In this document: positions 20,290-29,660 of the stretch, piece after piece | How the letters are laid out: each line of letters begins with the position of its first letter | Position numbering within the stretch: the first letter of the stretch is position 1 | Source of the DNA: Minisyncoccota bacterium | Lineage (GTDB): Bacteria > Patescibacteriota > Minisyncoccia > UBA6257 > GWB1-50-10 | DNA length: 64,000 nt | Assembly: GCA_041917695.1 (NCBI GenBank) | Contig: JAYRXE010000037.1 | Coordinates: 130,155-194,154, forward strand | Reading direction: 5' to 3' | Position numbers and translations under genes: made by a program | Notes under the pieces: model-generated | Told to the model about the DNA's origin: nothing | Seen by the model: the letters and a program-made list of their open reading frames with translations, nothing else | The model's database searches: none

Positions 20290-20520
20290 ATGGTAAACAA
20301 TTCCAACGATCTGCTCCGTTTCGACGGGGTGGTTGAAGAAGCATTGCCCGGCCTTATGTTCCGGGTCGTGATTTCTCCCCAGGGTCAGGAGCGCCGCATC
20401 ATTGCCCATCTTGCGGGCAAGATGAAAATCCATCGCATTAGGATCATTCCGGGTGACCGCGTCTCAGTCGAGATGCCGAACGCCAAGGATACGCGAGGGA
20501 GAATCGTGCGGCGGCACTAA
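20290..20520 (+). CDS. infA: Translation initiation factor IF-1
   Basis: ...[46 protein letters not shown]...RGRIVRR is the S1-like IF-1 fold. Confidence 0.85.
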   Translation: MVNNSNDLLRFDGVVEEALPGLMFRVVISPQGQERRIIAHLAGKMKIHRIRIIPGDRVSVEMPNAKDTRGRIVRRH

Positions 20521-20537
20521 TTTCGGAGGATATATTC

Positions 20538-20654
20538 ATGAAAGTCAGGGCATCGGTAAAGAAAATCTGCAAAGACTGCCAGATCGTAAAGCGCGGCGGT
20601 CGTTTGTATGTCATCTGCAAGAAGAACCCGAAGCACAAACAGCGTCAGGGCTAA
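20538..20654 (+). CDS. rpmJ: 50S ribosomal protein L36
   Basis: ATG at 20538 gives [38 protein letters not shown] (38 aa). It is below the ORF-track length cutoff. Confidence 0.85.
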   Translation: MKVRASVKKICKDCQIVKRGGRLYVICKKNPKHKQRQG

Positions 20655-20676
20655 TTTGAACTAACTACACTATTCC

Positions 20677-21060
20677 ATGCGCGTCAGCGGCGTACATATT
20701 CCCGACAATAAGAAGATTTCCATCGCATTGCGCTATCTCTACGGCGTTGGTCCTTTGGTTTCCCAGGAAATTTTGAAGGAGACGAAAATCAACCCCGAAA
20801 AGAAGGCGAAAGACCTTACTCCCGACGAGGTTGGTAAGATCCAGGGCATCATCGAAAAGAAATACAAGATTGAAGGCGAACTCCGCCAACTCGTACGGCA
20901 GAACATCGCTCGTTTGAAAGACATCAAATCGTACCGGGGCGTCCGGCACATGCGCCGCCTTCCGGCGCGCGGCCAGCGCACGAAGTCGAATTCGCGCACG
21001 CTTCGCGGTAACACGCGCAAGACGGCGGGCAGCGGCAAGCGCAAAGTTGAATTGAAGTAA
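20677..21060 (+). CDS. rpsM: 30S ribosomal protein S13
   Basis: MRVSGVHIPDNKKISIALRYLYGVG...YRGVRHMRRLPARGQRTKSNSRT. Confidence 0.9.
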   Translation: MRVSGVHIPDNKKISIALRYLYGVGPLVSQEILKETKINPEKKAKDLTPDEVGKIQGIIEKKYKIEGELRQLVRQNIARLKDIKSYRGVRHMRRLPARGQRTKSNSRTLRGNTRKTAGSGKRKVELK

Positions 21061-21064
21061 CGCC

Positions 21065-21517
21065 ATGGGAAAGAAAAAAGTCATAAAACAGACCAAAGAG
21101 GAGGCCATCAAGGAATCCGAAAAGGTTGAGGCGACCGCCGTAAAAAAAGCGGGGCAGTCCTCCAAAATCCGCGCCGAGAAGGGCAGGATTTACGTGAATG
21201 CGTCGTACAATAACACCATCATTACCGTGACGGATGAATCCGGCGCGGTGATTGCCTGGATGTCCGCCGGTTCCATCGGCTTTTCCGGTCCGAAAAAAGC
21301 GACTCCGTTTGCCGCTTCAAAAGTCGCCGAAGCTATCATGGCGAAGATTGAGCGTTCGGGGCCGTTTCACGTGGATATCTATGTGTCCGGCGTCGGCAAG
21401 GGACGTGATTCCGCCGTCCGCACGTTTGCCGGAGGCAAGCTGAATATCCTCTCCTTAAAGGATGTGACGCCGATTCCCCACAACGGTCCGCGTCCGCCGA
21501 AAGTACGCCGCGTATAA
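21065..21517 (+). CDS. rpsK: 30S ribosomal protein S11 (with N-terminal extension)
   Basis: ...RIYVNASYNNTIITVTDESGAVIAWMSAGSIGFSGPKKATPFAAS...GVGKGRDSAVR. Confidence 0.9.
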   Translation: MGKKKVIKQTKEEAIKESEKVEATAVKKAGQSSKIRAEKGRIYVNASYNNTIITVTDESGAVIAWMSAGSIGFSGPKKATPFAASKVAEAIMAKIERSGPFHVDIYVSGVGKGRDSAVRTFAGGKLNILSLKDVTPIPHNGPRPPKVRRV

Positions 21518-21530
21518 GTTTTAATTATTC

Positions 21531-22136
21531 ATGAGAACCATTAAAGAAAAAAAAGAACGGGCATTGGGCGTACGGCTTTTCTTGAAGCCGGAGCGTTCCG
21601 CGTCTCCGAAAGCGGCCATTGTCCGCCGTCCGTACCGTCCCGGCCAGCATGGCCAGCGGCGCCACACCGTCTCGGATTTCGGCAAGCAGCTGAATGAAAA
21701 GCAAAAGATGCTCGTGATTTACGGCGTTACGAATAAATACCTGGCGAAGCTTTTTAGTGTGAATCCCGACAAGACGAAGGCGCTCGCGGTTCTCGAGCAT
21801 CGCCTCGACCACGTCGTTTTTCTCCTGGGTCTCGCCGGCTCGGTCCGTGTCGCCCGCCAAACGGTTTCCCACGGCCACATCACGGTGAACGGCAGAAAAG
21901 TGACGATACCGTCTTTCCATGTTAAAGTAGGGGACGTCGTCGCCGTGCGCCCCGAGTCGCGCAAATTGAAGCTTTTTGCGGAACTTAGCGACCGGCTTAT
22001 GAAGCAGGCAACGCCTGCATGGCTTAAGATCACTTCCGCCGAAGAAGGGAAGGGGGAGTGCATAAAGGCTTTCGACGTCGCGGAAGCCCAATTTCCCTTC
22101 GATCTCAAACTGGTCGGCGAATTTTATTCGCGCTAA
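21531..22136 (+). CDS. rpsD: 30S ribosomal protein S4
   Basis: ...PYRPGQHGQRR...SDFGKQLNEKQK...LEHRLDHVVFLLGLAGSVRVARQTVSHGHITVNGRKVTIPSF. Confidence 0.9.
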   Translation: MRTIKEKKERALGVRLFLKPERSASPKAAIVRRPYRPGQHGQRRHTVSDFGKQLNEKQKMLVIYGVTNKYLAKLFSVNPDKTKALAVLEHRLDHVVFLLGLAGSVRVARQTVSHGHITVNGRKVTIPSFHVKVGDVVAVRPESRKLKLFAELSDRLMKQATPAWLKITSAEEGKGECIKAFDVAEAQFPFDLKLVGEFYSR

Positions 22137-22162
22137 ACAAGTCGAATCATTTTTTTAAACTT

Positions 22163-22906
22163 ATGTACTCACATTTGAGCGAGACGGTAGAAATCAAGAA
22201 AATTTCCGAGAAGGACAATGTCGGCGTTTTTCACATTGAAGGGCTGTACACCGGCTACGGCACGACCCTCGGCCAGGCGCTCCGGCGCGTGCTTTTGTCG
22301 TCGATTCCCGGCGCGGCGGTAACGCAAATCAAAGTGAAGGGAGCAAACCATGAATTTTCCGCGCTCCCGGGTATGATGGAGGACATCCTCCAGTTCACGC
22401 TGAATTTGAAGAAGGTCCGCTTCCATTTTTTGGCGGATGAGCCGCAGACGATCACTTTGAAGGCGAAGGGTGAGACGGAAGTGACTGCGGGGGATATTGA
22501 ATCCACCCCGTTTGTCCGGGTGGTGAATCCCGACCTCCATCTCGCGACGCTTACGAAGAAGACTGCGGATCTCGACGTCGAAATCACGGTTGAAAAAGGC
22601 CTGGGGTACGTTCCCGCCGAAGCGCGCCGTATGGAGCGCCTCTTGGTCGGCACGGTCGTCCTCGACGCGGTCTTTTCTCCCGTCGAGAATGTTGCCATCA
22701 CCGTCCAAAATATGCGCGTCGGCGAGCGCACCGATTATAACCGCCTGGCTATCGAGATCACGACCGACGGTTCCATTTCTCCTTCGGAAGCGCTCCATAA
22801 GTCGACCAGCATTCTCCGCGACCATTTTGAGAAACTTGGCAATTTCGAAGTGACGCCGACTGAAGTGGGTGAGACGAAGAAGTCCGCCAAAAAAGCGAAG
22901 AAATAA
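22163..22906 (+). CDS. rpoA: DNA-directed RNA polymerase alpha subunit, N-terminal domain only (no alpha-CTD)
   Basis: ...FHIEGLYTGYGTTLGQALRRVLLSSIPGAAVTQIKVKGANHEFSALPGMMEDILQFTLNLKKV... aligns to alpha-NTD. The protein is about 247 aa and ends in a Lys-rich tail; L17 follows immediately. Confidence 0.8.
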   Translation: MYSHLSETVEIKKISEKDNVGVFHIEGLYTGYGTTLGQALRRVLLSSIPGAAVTQIKVKGANHEFSALPGMMEDILQFTLNLKKVRFHFLADEPQTITLKAKGETEVTAGDIESTPFVRVVNPDLHLATLTKKTADLDVEITVEKGLGYVPAEARRMERLLVGTVVLDAVFSPVENVAITVQNMRVGERTDYNRLAIEITTDGSISPSEALHKSTSILRDHFEKLGNFEVTPTEVGETKKSAKKAKK

Positions 22907-22927
22907 AAATACACAAACGCCAGTACC

Positions 22928-23278
22928 ATGCGACACATGAAAAAAGGTCGGAAATTCGGCATGAAGCGGGGCGAACGCCAGGCTTTCTTGCGCATTTTGG
23001 CGGGCAATCTCGTCATGCGTCGGAAAATTACGACGACCGAAGCGCGGGCGAAGGAAATCCGCCCCGTCGTCGAACGCTACGTGACGTATGCCAAAAAGCA
23101 GGATGTCGCATCCCTCCGGATGCTGATGACGAAGCTTCCGAAGCCGGCTGTCTACGCCCTTTACCACGATATCGCCCCGAAATACGCAGAGCGAAAGGGC
23201 GGATATACGCGCATTACGAAGCTTACCCTGCCGAGGAAGCATGATGCGGCCCCGATGGCGGTCATTGAATTTGTTTAA
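22928..23278 (+). CDS. rplQ: 50S ribosomal protein L17
   Basis: MRHMKKGRKFGMKRGERQAFLRILAGNLVMRRKITTTEARAKEIRPVVERYVTYAKK. Confidence 0.9.
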   Translation: MRHMKKGRKFGMKRGERQAFLRILAGNLVMRRKITTTEARAKEIRPVVERYVTYAKKQDVASLRMLMTKLPKPAVYALYHDIAPKYAERKGGYTRITKLTLPRKHDAAPMAVIEFV

Positions 23279-23282
23279 AACT

Positions 23283-23624
23283 ATGCAGCACGTAATTGAC
23301 GCAAAAAACAAGAAATTGGGACGCCTGGCGACCCAGGTCGCAACCATTCTCCAGGGCAAGCATCGCGCTACCTGGAAGGAGAATGCCTCCGGCGAAGACG
23401 TGGTCGTCATCCAGAACGCGGGACACGTTGTCGTTTCCGGCAGGAAATCGACGCAGAAAGTGTACTATAAGCACGCCGGAAAGCTCGGACACTTGAAAGA
23501 GCGGACCTATGAGGATATCTTTGCGAAGAATCCGTCGTGGGTGATTCGCCATGCGGTGAATTCAATGCTTCCGAAGAACAAACTGCGCGCGAAGCGCATG
23601 CGCCGTCTTAAATTTGAATCCTAA
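23283..23624 (+). CDS. rplM: 50S ribosomal protein L13
   Basis: ...DAKNKKLGRLATQVATILQGKH...VVVIQNAGHVVVSGRKSTQKVYYKHAGKLG.... Confidence 0.9.
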   Translation: MQHVIDAKNKKLGRLATQVATILQGKHRATWKENASGEDVVVIQNAGHVVVSGRKSTQKVYYKHAGKLGHLKERTYEDIFAKNPSWVIRHAVNSMLPKNKLRAKRMRRLKFES

Positions 23625-23628
23625 TTTT

Positions 23629-24084
23629 ATGGAAAAGAAAACTACACCTACCGTCAAAAAGCCCGCGGCGAAGAAGCCGGCGGGGGAGCGCTACATCGAA
23701 GCCGTCGGCCGGCGCAAGACTTCGGTCGCTCGCGTACGCCTCTATCCCGGTAAAAAGGAAAAGAAAGGCGCGTGGGATATCACCGTGAATGATAAGCCCC
23801 TTGAGAAATTCTTTTACGTCCAAAAGCAGCAGCGCACGGTCGTTGAGCCGATGGGCGCTGTCGGCGAGAATATCGCGGCGACAGTCGTCGTGAAAGGCGG
23901 CGGTATCAATTCCCAGGCTGAAGCGGTCCGTATGGGATTCGCCCGCGCACTCGTTACGCATGACCCGAACTACCGTTCGAAACTGAAGGCGATGGATTTC
24001 CTGAAGCGCGATCCGAGGATGGTCGAGCGGAAGAAATTCGGCAGCCGCAAGGCGCGCAGGCCGCAACAGTGGCGAAAAAGATAA
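23629..24084 (+). CDS. rpsI: 30S ribosomal protein S9
   Basis: ...RYIEAVGRRKTSVARVRLYPG...VKGGGINSQAEAVRMGFARAL...KFGSRKARRPQQWRKR. An alternative upstream start lies at 23614. Confidence 0.85.
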   Translation: MEKKTTPTVKKPAAKKPAGERYIEAVGRRKTSVARVRLYPGKKEKKGAWDITVNDKPLEKFFYVQKQQRTVVEPMGAVGENIAATVVVKGGGINSQAEAVRMGFARALVTHDPNYRSKLKAMDFLKRDPRMVERKKFGSRKARRPQQWRKR

Positions 24085-24108
24085 AAGCCCTCTTGGGCTT
24101 TTTCTTTT
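24084..24108 (+). terminator. Rho-independent terminator after rpsI
   Basis: AAGCCC-TCTT-GGGCTT followed by TTTTCTTTT. Confidence 0.7.
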
Positions 24109-24134
24109 GAGGCGCTGTTGCGATGGAGGGGGTC

Positions 24135-24268
24135 GGGGAGGAACGGGAAATGAATTCCTCCCCGTCTGGGAGAGTATTGAGAACCGTGGGTTCTCAAGGA
24201 GTTCCGTTTTCGGAACGACGGGAAGTGGCGGAAGAGATAAAAACCCTTCAGGGGTTTTTATCTTTTTG
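24135..24268 (+). ncRNA. Candidate structured small RNA (four consecutive hairpins in a non-coding gap)
   Basis: GGGGAGGA-N13-TCCTCCCC (24135-63), TGAGAACC-GTG-GGTTCTCA (24178-96), GTTCCG-TTTT-CGGAAC (24201-16), and a terminator-like AAACCC-TTCA-GGGGTTT with T-run (24239-68). Confidence 0.3.
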
Positions 24269-24345
24269 ATTACTTGCTTTTGCTCGCGCGAAGCGTATCG
24301 TATTTTCAGTTACCTAAAAACCCGTCTTAGTGAAAGGAGGGCTGC

Positions 24346-24714
24346 GTGGAAACATTTACCGCAAATAATCGAAAATTCACTGTAGGAGATGAGCTAAAAG
24401 TATGGCATAAAGGCGCGTGGTATAAGGCGATTTCTATCTATTTGAGGCCGCGGAAGCTCTATTATCCGAAATCTATTTACGAAGATGGCTTGCGCTTGGG
24501 GCGGGATCTTAATTTGATTGAGGAGACTGCTAACGGTTGGGCTCGATTCGAAGACAGAGGAGATCAATTTATGGTGGTGAAAATAATTGCCCGATTGTCC
24601 GTGGATGAAAGATTAAAGGAGGTCCCTGAATGCCCCGAAGAATTGTCTTGCAGCAAATATGCTACGCTTATTCATAGCACTGAAGAGGAATACGATCCTT
24701 TGCGACTGGAATAG
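24346..24714 (+). CDS. Hypothetical protein (lower-GC gene with strong SD AGGAGG and GTG start)
   Basis: AAAGGAGGGCTGCGTG gives SD spacing of 5 nt. Composition is lower in GC than the flanking ribosomal genes, and no motif was recognised. Confidence 0.4.
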   Translation: METFTANNRKFTVGDELKVWHKGAWYKAISIYLRPRKLYYPKSIYEDGLRLGRDLNLIEETANGWARFEDRGDQFMVVKIIARLSVDERLKEVPECPEELSCSKYATLIHSTEEEYDPLRLE

Positions 24715-24740
24715 CCTGTTTGAAACAGGCTATTTTTTTT
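24713..24740 (+). terminator. Rho-independent terminator
   Basis: AGCCTGTTT-G-AAACAGGCT followed by TTTTTTTT. Confidence 0.8.
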
Positions 24741-24938
24741 ATTTCGTTGAAGATATTTTGTAAAAAGCGTAAAAAATTTTGTGCCAAAAACTCCTTTGCG
24801 GTTTTTTTGACTTTTCCACAGATTTTTAGCGTGCTGTTTTGATAAAATTAAATTGAACGTAGAGCAAAAAGGTTATCCCCAGTTTCTTTTTTGTTCATAC
24901 CATTCAAAAAAGGTCGAAGCCAACTATTTTCAAAAAAA

Positions 24939-25091
24939 ATGGCACCGAAAAAAAGAAAGACGACGAAGAAAGCCGTGAAGAAGACCAAGCGTCCTGCACG
25001 GAAAGCGACCAAAAAAGCGGCTCCGAAGCGTAAAGCAACTTCGAAGCGCAAAACGACCAAGAAGTCGTCTGCAAAGAAGCGCCGGAAATAA
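24939..25091 (+). CDS. Histone H1-like / lysine-rich basic nucleoid-associated protein (about 50 aa)
   Basis: MAPKKRKTTKKAVKKTKRPARKATKKAAPKRKATSKRKTTKKSSAKKRRK consists of Ala/Lys/Pro repeats typical of bacterial H1-like proteins. The ATG at 24939 is preferred over the track start at 24891. Confidence 0.5.
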   Translation: MAPKKRKTTKKAVKKTKRPARKATKKAAPKRKATSKRKTTKKSSAKKRRK

Positions 25092-25111
25092 TATTTCTGA
25101 GCTTCGGCAAG

Positions 25112-25137
25112 AGGCCCTCCGGGGCCTTTTGCATTTT
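25112..25137 (+). terminator. Rho-independent terminator
   Basis: AGGCCC-TCCG-GGGCCT followed by TTTTGCATTTTT. Confidence 0.6.
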
Positions 25138-25155
25138 TGTATAATAAAAGCACGT

Positions 25156-25383
25156 ATGAAGCGGAATATTGGGCTGGTGGACAAGATCATGCGGGGCGCC
25201 GTGGGGCTTCTCCTCGTCTATATCGCCTCGATGAATTACCGCGGAAACCCGAAACTCTCCGTCATCGCTTTCTTTCTCGGCCTGTATTCGATTGCGACAT
25301 CCATGTTCGGCGTATGTCCCCTCTATAAACTCGTCGGCCTTTCCACAAAACACATCGAAACGCAAGATCCTCCACAGTCGTAA
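25156..25383 (+). CDS. DUF2892 (YgaP-like) small membrane protein
   Basis: MKRNIGLVDKIMRGAVGLLLVYIA...CPLYKLVGLST is DUF2892-like. A TATAAT at 25140-45 lies 10 nt upstream of the ATG. Confidence 0.55.
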   Translation: MKRNIGLVDKIMRGAVGLLLVYIASMNYRGNPKLSVIAFFLGLYSIATSMFGVCPLYKLVGLSTKHIETQDPPQS

Positions 25384-25423
25384 AGGGCGCATTTGACTGC
25401 TCTCCGTACGACCCTCCGGGGTT

Positions 25424-26248
25424 TTGTTTTTTATCGCTACCCAACGTACAATATTTTTCGTGAAGAAAGAGAGCATCTCATCGTTTCGGACCAAAGTGAA
25501 CCGCTTCTACCGCCGGGCGGGACGGAACCTGCCGTGGCGGGAAACCCTCGACCCGTATAAAATTCTCGTTTCGGAAATCATGCTCCAGCAAACCCAAGTG
25601 GACCGCGTTGTCCCTTTTTACCGGAAGTTCGTGAAGCTCTTTCCGGATTTTTATACGCTTTCGCGGGCAGGCGACCGGAAAATACTGCTCGCATGGCAGG
25701 GCCTCGGGTATAACCGCCGTGCGCTCTACTTGAAGCGCATCGCGAAAGTGGTCGTAAAACACCACAAGGGAAAATTGCCGCGGGACGAGCGCGATCTTTT
25801 GAAGCTTCCGGGCGTCGGAAAGGGGACTGCCGGCTCGCTCCAGGCGTTCGCATTCAATATGCCGTCCGTATTTCTCGAGACGAACATTCGCCGTGCCTTC
25901 ATCCACCATTTTTTCCCTGCGAGCCAAAAGGTTTCGGACGACGACATCCTTCCGCTCGTGGCGTCGGCGCTCGATAAGCGGAATCCGCGGCAATGGTATT
26001 CCGCACTCATGGATTACGGCACGATGATCGCGACAAAGCATCCGAATCCCAATCGCCGCGCCAAAAACTACGCCGTCCAGGCGCCGTTTTCGGGTTCCCG
26101 CCGGGAAATGCGGGGGAAAATCTTGAAACTTCTCTTAAAACGCCCGAAGGCCGACGTGAAAACGCTCGCCCGCGCGACGAATCTTCCCCTCGGCGCCGTC
26201 CGCGATGTTTTTGCGGTGCTTAAGAAAGAGGGATTTGTTAAGGTATAA
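25424..26248 (+). CDS. HhH-GPD base-excision glycosylase (MutY/Nth-like, without the 4Fe-4S cysteine cluster)
   Basis: ...LPWRETLDPYKILVSEIMLQQTQVDRVVPFYRKF...LAWQGLGYNRRALYLKRIAK...LLKLPGVGKGTAGS aligns to the MutY N-domain. The C-terminus has no Cys-X6-Cys-X2-Cys-X5-Cys motif. The start is uncertain; a GTG at 25463 is possible. Confidence 0.65.
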   Translation: MFFIATQRTIFFVKKESISSFRTKVNRFYRRAGRNLPWRETLDPYKILVSEIMLQQTQVDRVVPFYRKFVKLFPDFYTLSRAGDRKILLAWQGLGYNRRALYLKRIAKVVVKHHKGKLPRDERDLLKLPGVGKGTAGSLQAFAFNMPSVFLETNIRRAFIHHFFPASQKVSDDDILPLVASALDKRNPRQWYSALMDYGTMIATKHPNPNRRAKNYAVQAPFSGSRREMRGKILKLLLKRPKADVKTLARATNLPLGAVRDVFAVLKKEGFVKV

Positions 26249-26808
26249 TGCTTCATATGGATGGACAGAAAATCCGCGCGCTTTCCATCTGCGGAAGCCT
26301 TCGCCGGGATTCCTGGAATAAACGGCTTTTGGATATCGCGGAAGCCGAGGGGCGTAAGTTTGGAGTCGAAACCGAGTTTATATCATCCGGCCCCGAGAAT
26401 TTCCCCCTCTATAACGCGGATTTGCATGCGGTGGGCTATCCTGCGCGGATTGCCGAGCTCCGCGAAAAAGCGAAAGCGGCTGACTTGCTTCTTATTGCGA
26501 GCCCCGAGTATAACTATTCGGTGACCGGGGTCTTAAAAAACGCACTCGATTGGCTTTCGGTTGTGCCGGGAAATTCCCTCGACGGAAAATGGGCGGTCAT
26601 CTTCGGAGTTTCAAACGGGCAGTTCAAGACGGTGCGCGGGCAACTTCATTTGCGCCAGGTGCTCGTGGCGGCAAACGTGCTCGTTCTTCCCCAGCCGCAG
26701 GTGTTGGTGACGATTCCCGATTTCGATGCGGAGAAAAATCTTCCCTCTGAAACTCTGGAACGCCTCCGCATACTTATTGAAAAAACCGTATCGCATATCA
26801 AAAAATAA
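26248..26808 (+). CDS. NAD(P)H-dependent FMN reductase family protein
   Basis: ...[20 protein letters not shown]...[25 protein letters not shown] is the flavodoxin-like NADPH-dependent FMN reductase signature. Confidence 0.7.
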   Translation: MLHMDGQKIRALSICGSLRRDSWNKRLLDIAEAEGRKFGVETEFISSGPENFPLYNADLHAVGYPARIAELREKAKAADLLLIASPEYNYSVTGVLKNALDWLSVVPGNSLDGKWAVIFGVSNGQFKTVRGQLHLRQVLVAANVLVLPQPQVLVTIPDFDAEKNLPSETLERLRILIEKTVSHIKK

Positions 26809-26809
26809 C

Positions 26810-27133
26810 ATGGAAACCATTTCATTTGACGATTTCAAGAAAGTCGAGCTTCGCACGGGGAAAATACTTTCGGCCGAAGCGATGGAAGGCTCGGAAAAAT
26901 TAGTACGGCTCAAGGTCGATTTGGGCACGGAAACGCGGCAGATTCTCGCGGGCATACGCACCGCGTATGCGCCCGAGGTATTGGTGGGTAAAAACGTTGT
27001 CGTGGTGGCGAATCTTACTCCGCGAAAGATGCTGGGTGAATTGAGTGAGGGAATGCTCTTGGCCGCCTCGGATGAAACACCCGTCCTGCTTGCGCCGGAA
27101 CGGGAGGTCCCGCCCGGGAGCGAAGTGCGCTAG
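26810..27133 (+). CDS. tRNA-binding domain protein (CsaA/Trbp111/MetRS C-terminal-like)
   Basis: [45 protein letters not shown]...[29 protein letters not shown]. Confidence 0.7.
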   Translation: METISFDDFKKVELRTGKILSAEAMEGSEKLVRLKVDLGTETRQILAGIRTAYAPEVLVGKNVVVVANLTPRKMLGELSEGMLLAASDETPVLLAPEREVPPGSEVR

Positions 27134-28482
27134 AAGGCGAATTTGGTCGCGGTAAAAGCTCCCTTTGCGTCTAAAAGATAAAATCGGCCGTCGAAAAAGG
27201 CGGCTTTTTTGATATTGTCGCCGAGGCGGTCGACATTCACCGGAAGGCGGACGTCGGCTTCGACGGCGTAGACCGTTGCATTATTTTTCACCCACAGGTA
27301 GCCGTAAAAATCGGGGAACCATTCGGGGGTGAAATCCGCTGCATTGCGGAACGCGGCGGCAAGCGGGACGGTGCGGAGTTTTCCTTTTTCCACTTTCACA
27401 TCGCCCGTATCCTCGACGAGATAATAAATTGACACGCGATTGTTTTGGCCGACGACGAGCGCTTTTTCCTCGTCGGGGGAAAAGACAACATTTTTCACGT
27501 GTTCGGCGACGACGGTAGAGGTGCCGACGAGACGGTCGAATGCGTGGAGGCGCATATCGCGGTCGATAAGGAGAAGGGTGTTTCCGGCTTTTGTTGCGTA
27601 CGCCTTTTCAGCTCTTACCGGGACCGGGAAGGAGAAAGCCGTGCCGAGCAGGAGATTGTACCCGAGCGTGTTTCCGTCGCGCACCCAGAAAATCTCGTTT
27701 GATGACTTTACGAGGACGCCGGGGGTAGAGCTGGGGTTTTGGAGTATCCGTTCGACTGTCTGTTTCCGCGTATCCAAAAGATAGAGACTCGAACTTGTTT
27801 CAGCGATAAGGGTGTTTCCCGCAAAAGGATGGAGCATTACGCGCCCGAGCTTTGATGACGCGCCTCCACTTCCTGCCCGATGGGCAGCGAAAAAGTTCGA
27901 GATGTTCACAGGGTTCCCCGGCCTGCCAAGGTCGATGAGATAGCGCGCTCCGTTTGCGTCTTCGGTAATGATGTTCGCCTGGTCCGCATTCGCTTCGAGA
28001 ACGCGCGAACCTGCGAGTTCCACGGCGCCGAGATAGAGCTTTCCGCCGGAGCTTTCGACGGGCCCCTCCCTCGTCATCCAAAAATCATCGACGAACCTCG
28101 CCGATACGCTTTCCGTCTTGGGGTGGTCTTCAAAAAGGCGGATGTTCGTCGCGGCGGCGACGAGTCCGGATTCCACAGCCAGCGTTTTTTTCCAGGCTTT
28201 CCGTCCTTCACGCGCAACCTCTATTTCATAGGTTTTCGGCGAGAGGTCCTTGATGAGGGTTCCGCGGTTGAAGAGGGAAATGGGCTTCCGGTAGGGCTTG
28301 CCGTCGATGAGGATCTCGGCATCGCTCGGAAGGGCGCGAATGTAGACCCCGCCGGTTTTCTCGAATTTCAGGGTTTTCCAGTCGATAACGAGGCCCTGGG
28401 TCTTTATGACCAAAAGTGCGCCGACGACGAAGAAGGCGAGGAAAAAGACGATAAAAAGGGTGCGCCGGAGGCCGGAATGCAT
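27130..28482 (-). CDS. Membrane-anchored hypothetical protein with a PEGA-like domain
   Basis: N-terminal signal anchor [25 protein letters not shown], then [26 protein letters not shown]...[20 protein letters not shown], which is PEGA-like. The opposite-strand ORFs look like noise. Confidence 0.5.
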   Translation of the reverse strand: MHSGLRRTLFIVFFLAFFVVGALLVIKTQGLVIDWKTLKFEKTGGVYIRALPSDAEILIDGKPYRKPISLFNRGTLIKDLSPKTYEIEVAREGRKAWKKTLAVESGLVAAATNIRLFEDHPKTESVSARFVDDFWMTREGPVESSGGKLYLGAVELAGSRVLEANADQANIITEDANGARYLIDLGRPGNPVNISNFFAAHRAGSGGASSKLGRVMLHPFAGNTLIAETSSSLYLLDTRKQTVERILQNPSSTPGVLVKSSNEIFWVRDGNTLGYNLLLGTAFSFPVPVRAEKAYATKAGNTLLLIDRDMRLHAFDRLVGTSTVVAEHVKNVVFSPDEEKALVVGQNNRVSIYYLVEDTGDVKVEKGKLRTVPLAAAFRNAADFTPEWFPDFYGYLWVKNNATVYAVEADVRLPVNVDRLGDNIKKAAFFDGRFYLLDAKGAFTATKFAF

Positions 28483-28649
28483 AGCCTTATCAGTATAGCC
28501 GATTTAATCGCTTGTGTTTCAAGTAACTTCCTTCTGTGAAATAGTTTTAAATTTTATCGAACCGATAGGCGTGTCTCCAATGTCGCGAAAAAATGCGATT
28601 TCTTGCCCCCGCGCCCGATCCATATTAGAGTGGAAGGGCTAAAAACCCC

Positions 28650-29660
28650 ATGTTCGTACGGAAAATCGGCATAGACCTTGGAACCACGAATACGCTCGTC
28701 TTCTTGCCCGACCGCGGAATCGCCATTAACGAGCCGACGGTGGTCGCCCTCCAAAAGCCGGGGGACGTGGTCCTCGCCGTCGGTGCGGAAGCGAAGGAGA
28801 TGGTCGGCCGCACCCCGGACGATATCGTCACCTACAAGCCCTTGAAGGACGGCGTCATCGCCGAATATTACGTCACGAAGGCCATGCTCGATTATTTCAT
28901 TTCGAAATCAATCGGTGCGTTTAACATCTTCAAACCGGAAGTGGTCATTTCCGTTCCCGCCGGCATCACGTCGACCGAATACCGCGCCGTCATGAATGCG
29001 GCGAAGGAAGCCGGTGCGCGCGCCGTGTATCTCGTGAAGGAACCGCTTTTGGCATCGCTCGGCGCGGGCATCCCCATCCATTCCTCAGAGGGGAACATGA
29101 TTGTGAACATCGGCGGGGGCACGACCGAAGTCGCCGTCATCTCGCTCGGCGGCATCGTCGCCTGGAGCTCGCTTCGCGTCGCCGGCAACCGCTTCGACCA
29201 ATCCATCGCCGATTACATCAAGAAGAAATACGGCCTGGCAATCGGCGAGGGGACCGCTGAAAACATCAAGATCCAGATCGGCACGGCGATTCCTTCGAAG
29301 AACAAGCTCGAAATGAAGATTCGCGGCCGCGACCTTTCATCCGGCCTTCCGAAGGACCTTGTCATCAATTCGAACGAAATCGCCGAGGCGGTAAATCCGC
29401 ACCTCGTGGACATCGTGAACTCGGTGCAGTCGGTTTTCAACGTGACTCCGCCGGAACTCGCCGCCGATATCATGGAAAAAGGCATTATCCTGTCAGGCGG
29501 GAGCTCCCAGCTTCGCGAACTCGACGAATTCTTCAAGCGTTCACTGGGCGTCGCAGCCTACCGCGCCGAGGATCCGATTCTTTGCGTCGCGAAGGGAACG
29601 GCAACCATCTTGAACCACTTGGACGTCTACAAGCGCACGTTGCTCACGAAGCGCCAATAA
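28650..29660 (+). CDS. mreB: Rod shape-determining protein MreB (copy 1)
   Basis: [13 protein letters not shown]...EPTVVAL...VISVPAGITSTEYRAV...IVNIGGGTTEVAVISLGG is the actin-fold signature. Confidence 0.9.
   Translation: MFVRKIGIDLGTTNTLVFLPDRGIAINEPTVVALQKPGDVVLAVGAEAKEMVGRTPDDIVTYKPLKDGVIAEYYVTKAMLDYFISKSIGAFNIFKPEVVISVPAGITSTEYRAVMNAAKEAGARAVYLVKEPLLASLGAGIPIHSSEGNMIVNIGGGTTEVAVISLGGIVAWSSLRVAGNRFDQSIADYIKKKYGLAIGEGTAENIKIQIGTAIPSKNKLEMKIRGRDLSSGLPKDLVINSNEIAEAVNPHLVDIVNSVQSVFNVTPPELAADIMEKGIILSGGSSQLRELDEFFKRSLGVAAYRAEDPILCVAKGTATILNHLDVYKRTLLTKRQ

Noticed and set aside
22169-23410. 413-aa minus-strand ORF antisense to rpoA/rplQ/rplM
   Set aside because: It overlaps three well-supported ribosomal/RNAP genes on the plus strand. 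Long antisense ORFs are expected in GC-rich DNA, and it has no recognisable motif.
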